Below are positions 53,418 to 62,880 of a stretch of 64,000 bases of DNA, one piece after another. Each line of letters starts with the position of its first letter. Position 1 is the stretch's first letter. Both the position numbers and the translations under genes were made by a program. Under the pieces are notes generated by a model. The model was not told where the DNA came from, searched no databases, and saw only the letters and a list, made by a program, of their open reading frames with translations. The stretch lies in NCBI GenBank assembly GCA_964566135.1, contig CAZMHM010000004.1:12596-76595 (forward strand). Direction: 5' to 3'. This stretch comes from an uncultured Candidatus Saccharibacteria bacterium (GTDB lineage Bacteria; Patescibacteriota; Saccharimonadia; Saccharimonadales; CAIOMD01).

Positions 53418-53918
53418 TTATATTTGCTTACCATACCGGCCATCATCTTCAGGAACAGTAGCATTTAAATACTGAATCATTTGAATACGTGCTTCTGCTC
53501 GCGACTGCAACAATGCAATCTGGTTATCGGTTAATAAGCCTGATTTATGCGATTGCACGGCAGAATTGAGGATAATACGCACTTCCACCTTACTATCTTT
53601 TTCGCCAATTAACTTTTCAAAGTTCTCGTACGCTTCTTGGGCTTCATAGGCTTTTTCGAATCTTTCATAGTCCTCTAACGTTATCGTTCCATCAGCAACA
53701 TCAAGCTCGGCAATTTTGAGTACAAAAGCCATGTCTTCTGCGCTACTTAAGCCAGAAGTAAAGATATCTGCATAATCTCCGTGAAGTTCCGCGATTTCTT
53801 GTAAGCGTCTTTCTTGATCATCAGCATAGAACCCATTAGCGCCACGGGTTACAACATCGTCAGGAATTTTGGCATCGCCGTGAGATTCTATAAAAGATTT
53901 TTCTGTTTCAGCGTTCAT
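53418..53918 (-). CDS. Acidic hypothetical protein
   Basis: ORF with good coding appearance. No recognisable family. Confidence 0.55.
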   Translation of the reverse strand: MNAETEKSFIESHGDAKIPDDVVTRGANGFYADDQERRLQEIAELHGDYADIFTSGLSSAEDMAFVLKIAELDVADGTITLEDYERFEKAYEAQEAYENFEKLIGEKDSKVEVRIILNSAVQSHKSGLLTDNQIALLQSRAEARIQMIQYLNATVPEDDGRYGKQI

Positions 53919-53960
53919 ATGATTATTATATCATACTTATGTTTAATTGTCTATAAAATG

Positions 53961-55076
53961 TTATTCCCATCGAAAAACACGGAAAGCTATAAAGTAAATA
54001 ACTACTGACCAGATTACCAGCAGGCCAACTTGTGGCATGATATCAATGAGTCCCTTGCCCTCTGTGACGATAAGTCGGATGCCATCAATAACTGGAGTTA
54101 GTGGCAGATACGTTGAAACATTTTGTAGCCATTCTGGCATCAAGAAACGAGGGAAAAACGTACCAGATAAGAATATCATCGGGAACGTAATAAGATTGCT
54201 GAGCGGCGCTGCTTGCCGTTCGTTCTTTGCCCAGCCACCAAGCGCCAAGCCAATACCGTAAATACAAAAGATACTAAGGAGTGTAAACAAGATAAACGTG
54301 ATATAACTACCCTTCATATGAAGGTCAAATACCACAACTGAAGTAACAAACATGATTGCAATTGCGAGTACGCCAATTAAACCCTGCGACATCACATTTG
54401 CTACAAAATACTGCCATACCTTAAGAGGCGTTGTGTGTAATCGACGAAGAATCCCCTGCTTTTTTAGCTCCGGAAACACATTCACCGGCCCAAAAATTCC
54501 AAGACCAATAATTGAAAATCCGATAAGGCCCGCAAATACGTAATCAAACCGTGATAAACTCGCCTCTTGCGTCGACTGCGCCTTAACAGTAAAAGGGGTC
54601 TCGATTGTTACATATTTAGCATTTACTTGATTGAATTGTTCTTGAAGAATTGAGGCAAGCGCTTGCCCGCTTTGCTCGCTATTTGGGCTGTAATACACTT
54701 GTGCTTCCCCCGTCGGAAAGCTGGCGCCATTTGCAGTTTGGCCAAAGTCTTGTGGTAATACAATAGTGGCATCAAGTTCGCTACGCTTCATCTTTTCTTT
54801 GGCCTCAGCAAGGCTCGTAACCTTTTGGTTAACCTTTAGCACCTTGGACTCAACAGCAGATTTTACAAATTGTTGCGAAATGACGCTATTCGACTGATTA
54901 ATAACCGCCACATTAAACGAGACGCTGCCACTTCCTTTATTAATTGTGCCGAAAATAAACAAGAAAATAAGCGGAAAAATCACTGTAAAGAATATCGCTA
55001 GGCGATCACGGAAGAATCTCTTGGCATTTAGCCGAGCAAATGTCCAAACGGTGTAGGTTGATTTATTAAGCTTCAT
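53961..55076 (-). CDS. ABC-2-type transporter permease
   Basis: An N-terminal TM helix, a large extracytoplasmic loop and 5 C-terminal TM helices. It follows the ATPase gene. Confidence 0.85.
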   Translation of the reverse strand: MKLNKSTYTVWTFARLNAKRFFRDRLAIFFTVIFPLIFLFIFGTINKGSGSVSFNVAVINQSNSVISQQFVKSAVESKVLKVNQKVTSLAEAKEKMKRSELDATIVLPQDFGQTANGASFPTGEAQVYYSPNSEQSGQALASILQEQFNQVNAKYVTIETPFTVKAQSTQEASLSRFDYVFAGLIGFSIIGLGIFGPVNVFPELKKQGILRRLHTTPLKVWQYFVANVMSQGLIGVLAIAIMFVTSVVVFDLHMKGSYITFILFTLLSIFCIYGIGLALGGWAKNERQAAPLSNLITFPMIFLSGTFFPRFLMPEWLQNVSTYLPLTPVIDGIRLIVTEGKGLIDIMPQVGLLVIWSVVIYFIAFRVFRWE

Positions 55077-55078
55077 AC

Positions 55079-55834
55079 CTAGTCCCTCAGGTGCTTTCCG
55101 GTTAAATCAATAAAAACGTCCTCGAGATTAGCTTGCTCGACATGATGCTTCTTTTTGAAACCACGGCTGAGTAGCTGTTTTACGAGGTTTTTAGGTGTAT
55201 CGAGCGCAATAATTTTACCCTCGTCCATAATTGCGACACGGTCACAAAGCATTTCTGCTTCTTCAAGATAATGAGTAGTTAAAATGACAGTGATGCCCTT
55301 TTTCTGAATCGAACTGACCAAATCCCATAAATTACGCCGTGCCTGAGGGTCGAGGCCGGTGGTTGGTTCGTCCATAAAAAAGACTTTTGGATTATGCACC
55401 AGTGACGCAGCAATACTTAACCTCTGGCGCTGGCCACCAGATAAGTCTTCTACATATGCATCGGCTTTCTCGAGCAAATCAACACTTTCAAGCAAATCTT
55501 TCGGCTCAATGCGTTCACCGTATGCTGCTGCAAATAGCTCGAGAATCTCTTTTAGCTTGGTCTTGTCTTGAAAGGCCGGGGATTGTGGCTGAACACCAAT
55601 AATATATCGTACCTTTTGAGGTTCTTTTGCTACATCAATGCCATTTATATGTGCAGTACCGCCATCAATCGGGCGAATTGCTTCTATCATCTCTAGTGTG
55701 GTTGTTTTGCCAGCACCGTTTGGGCCTAATATGCCAAATACTTCGCCTTTTTCTACGTCAAACGAAATACCATCGACAACCGTTTTGTCGTCATATACTT
55801 TGCGTAAATCTTTTACCCGTACAATAGCGCTCAT
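55079..55834 (-). CDS. ABC transporter ATP-binding protein (DrrA/CcmA-like)
   Basis: GPNGAGKTT Walker A, LSGGQRQRL signature and FMDEPTTGLD Walker B. Confidence 0.95.
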   Translation of the reverse strand: MSAIVRVKDLRKVYDDKTVVDGISFDVEKGEVFGILGPNGAGKTTTLEMIEAIRPIDGGTAHINGIDVAKEPQKVRYIIGVQPQSPAFQDKTKLKEILELFAAAYGERIEPKDLLESVDLLEKADAYVEDLSGGQRQRLSIAASLVHNPKVFFMDEPTTGLDPQARRNLWDLVSSIQKKGITVILTTHYLEEAEMLCDRVAIMDEGKIIALDTPKNLVKQLLSRGFKKKHHVEQANLEDVFIDLTGKHLRD

Positions 55835-55860
55835 TGTTACCTATAGTATCACGGAATATA

Positions 55861-55892
55861 AAAAGAACCACCCCTGGTGGGATGGCTCTTTT
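55861..55892 (-). terminator. Hairpin flanked by A/T runs after the 66-aa gene
   Basis: AAAA-GAACCACCC-CTGGT-GGGATGGCTC-TTTT, with an imperfect stem. Confidence 0.45.
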
Positions 55893-55907
55893 ATAGTAAT
55901 GTACAAC

Positions 55908-56108
55908 TTATTTGTTGCGCTTTACAGTAAGAAAACCGTTACGAGGGTTTTCGTTTACTGAAAAACCTGCAGGCAAAGCGTCGATTGTTTCTGCGCGCTT
56001 GTCTTTGCTGAAGTAATAGATGGTTTGTAATTTACCACCGCGGAGAGTAACTTCTTTTGAGTTCAAGAAATATGTTACCCCTTTTGAATTCGTGTGTTGA
56101 TAAGCCAC
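55908..56108 (-). CDS. Small basic hypothetical protein (66 aa), GTG start
   Basis: GGAGGAG Shine-Dalgarno upstream of GTG. The sequence is MAYQHTNSKGVTYFLNSKEVTLRGGKLQTIYYF. Confidence 0.55.
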   Translation of the reverse strand: MAYQHTNSKGVTYFLNSKEVTLRGGKLQTIYYFSKDKRAETIDALPAGFSVNENPRNGFLTVKRNK

Positions 56109-56276
56109 TGCTTCTCCTCCTTACACTGTTAGTAGTAACCTTACCATACGCTGGCTCTTTTACTCTTGTCAATCATTTTTTTAAGAGATTGTTCATAAAC
56201 ACTTGCGTTGGAGGCGATAGATACGATACACTTTGGTCACAAGCATTAGCAACATAAAAGAGGTGTAAAGAGGTAT

Positions 56277-56852
56277 ATGAACGAATATCTGAACCGGGTG
56301 GGACGCCCAGCACAAACTGTTAACCGTGGTCCAGCTGATGGTCCTGTTCAGCAACCAGTGGCAGCAGGTGGAAAAAAGCCAAAAGGCAAATTTAACCTAT
56401 CAAGAGTACTATTTGTAGTATTTTCTGTTTTAATCGCAGTCGTATTAATCGGCTCGATTGTACTGCTAGTACTAGGTCAGGGTGGCTCTATTGCCTCTCA
56501 GATTAAGACTAACCAGTACCAAGCTGTTTTCCTAAACAGTAGCGATGGCCAAGTGTACTTTGGTAAGTTAAGTGTTCTTAACAAGGATTACTACAAGCTT
56601 ACTGACATCTACTATGTACGTGTTCAGCAAGTACAGCCTGACAAGAACAATTCTGCTACCCAGCAAAATATTTCTCTTGCCAAACTTGGTAGCGAAATTC
56701 ATGGCCCTGAAGATGTCATGTTCATCAACCGCAATTCTGTTATGTTCTGGGAGAACCTAAAAGAAGACGGCCAAGTTGTTAAAGCGATTCGTGAATATCA
56801 AAAGAATCCTACACCAGCTACAAACAACAACAGTACAACTACAACTAAGTAG
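56277..56852 (+). CDS. Membrane-anchored hypothetical protein
   Basis: A single TM helix after a basic N-terminus. Terminator downstream. Confidence 0.6.
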   Translation: MNEYLNRVGRPAQTVNRGPADGPVQQPVAAGGKKPKGKFNLSRVLFVVFSVLIAVVLIGSIVLLVLGQGGSIASQIKTNQYQAVFLNSSDGQVYFGKLSVLNKDYYKLTDIYYVRVQQVQPDKNNSATQQNISLAKLGSEIHGPEDVMFINRNSVMFWENLKEDGQVVKAIREYQKNPTPATNNNSTTTTK

Positions 56853-56873
56853 TCATACTGTACACGTTGTAAC

Positions 56874-56903
56874 GAGCCCCCGGTTTATCCGGGGGTTTTG
56901 TTT
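56874..56903 (+). terminator. Rho-independent terminator
   Basis: CCCCCGG-TTTAT-CCGGGGG followed by TTTTGTTTT. Confidence 0.8.
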
Positions 56904-57514
56904 TAGCGAAGATACAGCCTGACAATAACACCAGCAACCAAACGAACGAGTAATAAAATACCCACGAAAAGAGTTGCTATAAGGGCAAAGCCAGCCAAAT
57001 CTGGCGACCATAGTGGGCTTGCGAAATCAAACGTATAGAACTCTTTCGGGGGCAAATTAAGCTGTGGGATACCGCTGCCATACTTAGTAACATAATCTTG
57101 AATACACTGAGCCCTTTGGGTGAGCGGCAGGCTCGCGCGTTCGCATTGAGCCTGGGCGTCACTATAGACTCGGCTTGCATTGCTTAATTTAGCTACCCGT
57201 GCCTGTTCGGCGGTCACGGCGCTATTAAAACGGTTTACAAGCTGTATGGGCGGTTCGCTGCTCGTGCTACCGGCGCGTAGATCAGTGTTCATATGGCCAT
57301 ACACAAATGACCTCAGGTTGCGCAAAGCTGCTTCGACATCGCCGCCGTTCTCATCGGCAGTGTAAACGGCTTGCCTAAGCTCTGCCATCTTAAGATTATT
57401 AGCTCTCAGTGCAAAAATACTGATAGCCGCGCAAATCATAAACGTGATAATGATGGCAACAAGCGAAAAGTCGCTGATTTTGTGCCACATTCGCGCAAGT
57501 TGATGTTTGCCCAT
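56903..57514 (-). CDS. Hypothetical protein with N- and C-terminal TM helices
   Basis: ORF with TM helices at both ends. No recognisable family. Confidence 0.6.
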   Translation of the reverse strand: MGKHQLARMWHKISDFSLVAIIITFMICAAISIFALRANNLKMAELRQAVYTADENGGDVEAALRNLRSFVYGHMNTDLRAGSTSSEPPIQLVNRFNSAVTAEQARVAKLSNASRVYSDAQAQCERASLPLTQRAQCIQDYVTKYGSGIPQLNLPPKEFYTFDFASPLWSPDLAGFALIATLFVGILLLVRLVAGVIVRLYLR

Positions 57515-57532
57515 ATTTGTATAATCTACCTT

Positions 57533-58732
57533 TTACCGCAAGGCGGCAAACTTTTGCTTAGTAATTAATAGACTTGCTACAAACCCAACGATAAACGCTG
57601 ATTGCAGTGCCAGCTTGTCATGACCATTAAGCGCAATCAGGGTGAGCATTGTCCAGAAGATGATGTTCACAAATGTCGCTGTCAAATCAATCAAATAAAA
57701 ATAAGTGATTCGATATCCGGGCACACTATCCGCGGCATCGTATCTACCCTTTAAAAACGGCATGCGATACATCGCTGTTACAGGCTCATTTACTACATTA
57801 ACCGCTAGGGCTTGGGACGGGATACTGACAAAGGGCCTAACCAAGTGCAAGAATGCATTAGCAACAGCACCAAAATTTAGTAATCGCCTGCCATATTGCT
57901 TATCGATAAGCTTGCCGATGCTAAATATAGCAAGAAACGCCACAGCAGTGCTTATGGCGGCGATAAAGCCAAGAGATGCATACGTGTTCGAGGTTAGTAC
58001 AAATACGCCAAGGAAGAGCGGCCACACGGTTATGGAAACGATGTTTTCGATATTAAAGGCTGAGCTTACGTACATGTCCCTGCGATGGCGGCGCCATGGG
58101 AATCCTTTGACGGTCACAATCTGATGTTGTCGTACCGGCTCTGCGCTCAAAAAGATAGGAACTAACGATGCGCAAAGAATAAAGATAGCAATCGCAATTG
58201 TATAGCGCGGATCAATAAAGGTAGCGATGAGGCCACCAATAATTGGGCCTAAAATTGCGCCTAACCGCTCGAACATTTGCATATAGCTTAGCTCTTTACC
58301 ACCGTGTTCTGTGTGCTTTATCTTTGAAAAGTCGATTTCAAACGCCAAAAGATACAACCCATAACAAAATGAACCCACAATACCCACAAACCAAAGTGGC
58401 CAATGCAAGTCATTGACGGTAAGTATTAACGCGAGGTATCCAATTTGCGCAATCACGGAAATTGCCATTACGTGCTTTGGTCCATAGCGCCCAATAAGTT
58501 TTGAGCCAAGATAAAGCCAGAGTGGGCGAACAAGCGTCCAAACTAAAAACATGCCGCAGATTGCAGCAATCGAAAATCCCGATTTATAGAGGTAGATTGG
58601 TACAAACAAGCCCACTAAACTGACCGACAGGGAGCGTAGCATTTGCGTAGCATATAACTCGCTGAGCTCATCAAACCCAACAGTGCGCCAAAAGTGACGC
58701 TTCTTAATAATTTGTTTTACTTTTTCTACCAT
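57533..58732 (-). CDS. MFS transporter
   Basis: About 12 TM helices in a 399-aa protein. Confidence 0.8.
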   Translation of the reverse strand: MVEKVKQIIKKRHFWRTVGFDELSELYATQMLRSLSVSLVGLFVPIYLYKSGFSIAAICGMFLVWTLVRPLWLYLGSKLIGRYGPKHVMAISVIAQIGYLALILTVNDLHWPLWFVGIVGSFCYGLYLLAFEIDFSKIKHTEHGGKELSYMQMFERLGAILGPIIGGLIATFIDPRYTIAIAIFILCASLVPIFLSAEPVRQHQIVTVKGFPWRRHRRDMYVSSAFNIENIVSITVWPLFLGVFVLTSNTYASLGFIAAISTAVAFLAIFSIGKLIDKQYGRRLLNFGAVANAFLHLVRPFVSIPSQALAVNVVNEPVTAMYRMPFLKGRYDAADSVPGYRITYFYLIDLTATFVNIIFWTMLTLIALNGHDKLALQSAFIVGFVASLLITKQKFAALR

Positions 58733-58791
58733 TTTGCTTTTTTGTAATTACCCTTTTATAGTAACAGATTTATGCGGTACGATTAAAGCGT

Positions 58792-60075
58792 ATGCATATT
58801 TACTTTTCAGGAATCGGCGGCACAGGCATCGGCCCACTAGCCCTTATTGCTCATCAAGCTGGGTTCGAGGTCTCTGGTTCGGATAAACAACAGAGTCAGT
58901 ACACGGACTATCTTCAGAAACAAGGCATTCGTTTGCATATTGGCCAGTCAAAAGAAGAGATTGCGAGCGAACACCGTAAAAACCCTATCGATTGGCTGGT
59001 ATTTAGCTCTGCCCTACCATTAGAGCAACCGGAACACCCAGAGCTTGTTTTTGCACAAGAAAATAACATTAAAACATCGAAGCGAGATGAGTGTCTTAAC
59101 GCAATTTTAGAGGAAAAATCCCTTTCTATGCTCGCAATAGCCGGCACTCACGGGAAAACAACCACAACTGCTATGGTTGTCTGGTTATTTAAGGAGCTCG
59201 GGATACGCTTAAGCTATTCTGTAGGTGCGAAAATTGGCTTCGGAGACATGGGGGCATATGTGGAAGGTAGTAAATTTTTTGCATATGAATGTGATGAATT
59301 TGATAGAAATTTCTTGAGTTTTCACCCAGCAATATCAGCTATAACCTCAGTTGACTGGGATCACCATGAGATATACCCAACCCGCGACGAATATAAAGCA
59401 GCGTTTCGCGAATTTATTGGCCAGTCAGAGCAGCCTATTGTATTTTTACGAGACACCGAATATTTAGGAATAAATACATCCGGCATTACCGTCGTTGGCG
59501 AAGACGATTCACTAATCGATACTATCAAGCTACCCGGTGAGCATAACCGGCGCAATGCCCGTATCGCACTTGAAGCAGTCCAAAAAGCCACCGCCAAGCC
59601 ATATGATGAACTTGTAGCAATCATTAATCGATTTCCTGGTTCTTCACGCAGATTTGAACTAATCACCCCTGGGCTCTATTCTGATTATGCTCACACGCCC
59701 GAAGAAGTTGCGGCAACAATACAGCTCGCCCACGAGCTATCAGATAAGGTTATCGTTATATACGAGCCGCTCACTGATAGACGGCAACATTTCATGAAAG
59801 AGCAATATGGGAATATCTTTGAACCCGCCACGGCCGTATATTGGCTACCTAGCTATTTGGCACGCGAAGACAAAACACAAGATGTACTCTCACCCGAAAA
59901 TCTTATTTCGTACCTAAGCCCAAAGACAAATGCCATGCCCGCAGAAAAGAACAAGGCATTAAAACGGCTTATTGATTCATACCTATCCGAGGGCTCGCTA
60001 GTACTTTGCCTAGCCGGCGGTGGGGGCGGAAGCCTGGATGAATGGATTCGACAAGCATATAGCAAAAATGCATAA
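58792..60075 (+). CDS. murC: Mur ligase family, UDP-N-acetylmuramate--L-alanine ligase (MurC)-like
   Basis: IYFSGIGGTGIGPLA...SGSD N-terminus and AIAGTHGKTTTTAM P-loop. MurC versus Mpl is not resolved. Confidence 0.75.
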   Translation: MHIYFSGIGGTGIGPLALIAHQAGFEVSGSDKQQSQYTDYLQKQGIRLHIGQSKEEIASEHRKNPIDWLVFSSALPLEQPEHPELVFAQENNIKTSKRDECLNAILEEKSLSMLAIAGTHGKTTTTAMVVWLFKELGIRLSYSVGAKIGFGDMGAYVEGSKFFAYECDEFDRNFLSFHPAISAITSVDWDHHEIYPTRDEYKAAFREFIGQSEQPIVFLRDTEYLGINTSGITVVGEDDSLIDTIKLPGEHNRRNARIALEAVQKATAKPYDELVAIINRFPGSSRRFELITPGLYSDYAHTPEEVAATIQLAHELSDKVIVIYEPLTDRRQHFMKEQYGNIFEPATAVYWLPSYLAREDKTQDVLSPENLISYLSPKTNAMPAEKNKALKRLIDSYLSEGSLVLCLAGGGGGSLDEWIRQAYSKNA

Positions 60076-60086
60076 TTTAATAACAG

Positions 60087-60890
60087 ATGCAGCAAACAAT
60101 CGATAATATTCTAGCCATTAGCGACAATCGACTCATTAAGATATTGCTTGTTGTTCTAATGGCTCTTCTTACACAAATAATCTTAAAAGCGATTTTGAAA
60201 AGCGTTATGCGCTTTCCGTTAAACGAAGATATATTTCCCAAGCAGAAACGTGATAGAGAAAAAAGAATCAAAACACTAAACAGTATAGTTGGTGCTATTG
60301 TCTCGTTAAGCGTATGGTTTGTGGCAATTGTAATGATTCTAGGCATCCTTAATGTACCGATTGCCCCGCTACTGACAAGTGCTGGTCTTATTGGCGCTGC
60401 GCTCGCGTTCGGCATGCAGAGCCTTATTAGAGATTTTATTAGCGGTATATTCATTATTTCTGAAAATCAGTACCGAGTAGACGACTACATTCAGCTCGAC
60501 AAGGTTTCGGGTAAGGTTATTGCAATTACTGTTCGTACAACCGTACTGCAAGACGACAACGGTAGTATTCACCACATTCCCAACGGCAGTATTGTTATTT
60601 CGACGAATCAAAGCATGGCGTCTTTAAAGTTGCAGGAGCAGCTCGAAATTGATGCAAGTGAATCAATCTCAAGCCTTAATAGCAAGCTTGAAAAAATTGC
60701 CACAAAGATCGCTAAAGATCCCGAGCTAGCAAGCATTATTAAAAATGGTCCCTCGCTTGCAACAGTCAATAAAATTACTGCTAAGTCGACAACAATTACT
60801 ATTACATTTACTACGAGTGCACCCAAGCGCCAGATTGCGACTGGTGCCGTTTTGCAGGCAATCAAACAGAGTACTATTAAACTAGCTTAG
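60087..60890 (+). CDS. Small-conductance mechanosensitive channel (MscS family)
   Basis: Three TM helices, then LIRDFISGIFIISENQYRVDDYI...GKVIAITVRTTVLQDDNGSIHHIPNG. Confidence 0.85.
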   Translation: MQQTIDNILAISDNRLIKILLVVLMALLTQIILKAILKSVMRFPLNEDIFPKQKRDREKRIKTLNSIVGAIVSLSVWFVAIVMILGILNVPIAPLLTSAGLIGAALAFGMQSLIRDFISGIFIISENQYRVDDYIQLDKVSGKVIAITVRTTVLQDDNGSIHHIPNGSIVISTNQSMASLKLQEQLEIDASESISSLNSKLEKIATKIAKDPELASIIKNGPSLATVNKITAKSTTITITFTTSAPKRQIATGAVLQAIKQSTIKLA

Positions 60891-61213
60891 CGCTGAGCAA
60901 GCCCCAGACTTACATCCGAAACATCGGCAGGACCAAAGTCTGAAATATCATCAAGAACTTTTAATCTTTGCGTTACGGATGTCTCATACGTAGAAATATC
61001 ATCAGATTTAATTGGGCTTTTTGTATCGATGTCAGAGCTCTGAAGTGCATGAGCAATTTTTGTGCCGGCTTGAATTTGCTTAACAGTTTTATAGGCACCT
61101 GAGTTCAAGAAAATTGTAAACGTAACAAGTACTAGACCAAGTGCCACAGTCACTGCAACAGCAATAGCTGCTAGTGGGTTCGCTCCCTCTGGTTTTTCTA
61201 ATTCAGTATCCAT
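60887..61213 (-). CDS. Membrane-anchored hypothetical protein
   Basis: A single TM helix. Coupled to the upstream gene by a 1-nt overlap. Confidence 0.5.
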   Translation of the reverse strand: MDTELEKPEGANPLAAIAVAVTVALGLVLVTFTIFLNSGAYKTVKQIQAGTKIAHALQSSDIDTKSPIKSDDISTYETSVTQRLKVLDDISDFGPADVSDVSLGLAQR

Positions 61214-61797
61214 TATTCAACCGTTAGCCGTTTCTTAAGTTGATTAAAGGTCGTTACAGTTGCATCATTCATAGTAATCTTTAGGGTTTCAGCGGCGTCT
61301 AGCAACTTGGCACGCTTAGCTCTCATCAGCACTAACGCAGCCTTAAATTGCTCGGGTTTTTGCTTGCAATTTACGCTTTCTGCATCATCAAGGGTTGCGC
61401 CATATGAGTTCGAAGCAAGCGTAAATGAATCTAGGTTTTGTTGTAGCTTACCAATCAGTAAATCTATTTCTGAAGCGTCTACGCCTTGCCGAGCCATGCG
61501 AAGTTTGATAGCTTGCAGTTCTTTCTGGAAATCAGTAAACGTCGCCAGGCGGAGTTGAATGAGTCTGTCAGACTTATCTTGCAAGCCAATGAGAATATTC
61601 TGTGCGGGTTCGCACTTTTCGGTTATTAATGCTTTTGCACCATCATCTAGTGTTATCTGCTGATCTTGTACCGCTCTCGATAAACGCTCCTCGCGCGAGG
61701 GCTGCGAATCCGCAGCTGGCACTATTTGGGCGATTGCCGTTAAGGGCATAAAAAAGGCCACAGCAAGCAATAAAATAATCGGCAATCGAAAACGCAT
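61213..61797 (-). CDS. Secreted helical hypothetical protein
   Basis: Signal peptide MRFRLPIILLLAVAFFMPLTAIA. Predicted coiled-coil content. Confidence 0.55.
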   Translation of the reverse strand: MRFRLPIILLLAVAFFMPLTAIAQIVPAADSQPSREERLSRAVQDQQITLDDGAKALITEKCEPAQNILIGLQDKSDRLIQLRLATFTDFQKELQAIKLRMARQGVDASEIDLLIGKLQQNLDSFTLASNSYGATLDDAESVNCKQKPEQFKAALVLMRAKRAKLLDAAETLKITMNDATVTTFNQLKKRLTVE

Positions 61798-61819
61798 ATA
61801 TCAGACTATTATACCATTT

Positions 61820-62644
61820 CTAGGACGGTAATCTGTAGCTCGTACCCTCATGCACGACGAGGCCTTCGGCAACCAGCGCTACTAGGACATCAGCGAGTTC
61901 CGAATTATTTTGGGTAGCGGTTTGAAGGTTCGAAGCAGATTTTTCACCCGCAATAAGTTGGCGTAGTACCTCACCTCTGAGTTGCCTGCGAGAGCCTTCA
62001 AATTTTGACTGTACAGTATGATGTTTGCTTAGACGTGCAATATTACCAACTTCTTTTTTTAAGAACGTGCCGTAGTCCATCAAGGCCCAATACCATTCCC
62101 GTGGATTTTCAAGGTCAACGGTATCATGAAGCAGTGGCAATAAGTCGGCGTCGGCAACAGTATCAGCGTGATGAAAAAAATGATAGATATATACAGTACG
62201 GATATTTGTTTCAATAAATATCACTGGAGTATTAAAGGTATACGCCATAATAGCACCAGCGGTATTGGTTCCAATGCCGGCAAGTCCCGTTAGTTCTTTG
62301 GCGGTAGTAGGCACAGAGCCATCATAGTCGGCAACTATTTGCTTGCAAGCTTCGTGTAGAAAGCGCGCTCTTCGGTTGTATCCAAGTCCACTCCAAAGTG
62401 TAAGTATCTCTGATAAGTTAGCGTTCGCAACGTCACTAATAGTCGGAAAGTTCACCATCCATTCGTTATACTTTTCGACTACTCTACGTACCTGTGTTTG
62501 CTGCAGCATTATCTCCGACACAAGGATACGGTAGCCAAGCTGCTTGGTCGAAAACTGGATATCTCTCCACGGCAGATTACGCTGGTGCGCGAAGTAATAC
62601 TCCCAAACTGTTTGTTTGAATGTTTCGAGATTTTTCTGCGTCAT
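61820..62644 (-). CDS. HhH-GPD superfamily DNA glycosylase (MutY/EndoIII-like) without Fe-S cysteines
   Basis: SEIMLQQTQV, WSGLGYNRRA and LAGIGTNTAGAIMAY (HhH) motifs. Only one Cys in the whole protein. Confidence 0.75.
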   Translation of the reverse strand: MTQKNLETFKQTVWEYYFAHQRNLPWRDIQFSTKQLGYRILVSEIMLQQTQVRRVVEKYNEWMVNFPTISDVANANLSEILTLWSGLGYNRRARFLHEACKQIVADYDGSVPTTAKELTGLAGIGTNTAGAIMAYTFNTPVIFIETNIRTVYIYHFFHHADTVADADLLPLLHDTVDLENPREWYWALMDYGTFLKKEVGNIARLSKHHTVQSKFEGSRRQLRGEVLRQLIAGEKSASNLQTATQNNSELADVLVALVAEGLVVHEGTSYRLPS

Positions 62645-62880
62645 GATTTATTCGAAGCAATCCAGTGCATCACAACACCGGCGCATACAAAATAGACAAA
62701 TAGCTGATACAGTGCGTCACTTACAGAGTGAGAATCTCGAAACGCCGCTTGCAGAACTGTTACAAGAAAAATAACAAATGGGATATATAGCAGCCACCCT
62801 TGCCAGCTACAGGGCAAGTAACTGCCGCGCACTTTTACAAACCATGCACCTTTTTTGTGCTTAGGATATTTTTTAGCCAT
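62641..62880 (-). CDS. Small two-TM membrane protein
   Basis: Hydrophobic 79-aa ORF with an ATGA-type overlap to the downstream gene. Confidence 0.5.
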   Translation of the reverse strand: MAKKYPKHKKGAWFVKVRGSYLPCSWQGWLLYIPFVIFLVTVLQAAFRDSHSVSDALYQLFVYFVCAGVVMHWIASNKS

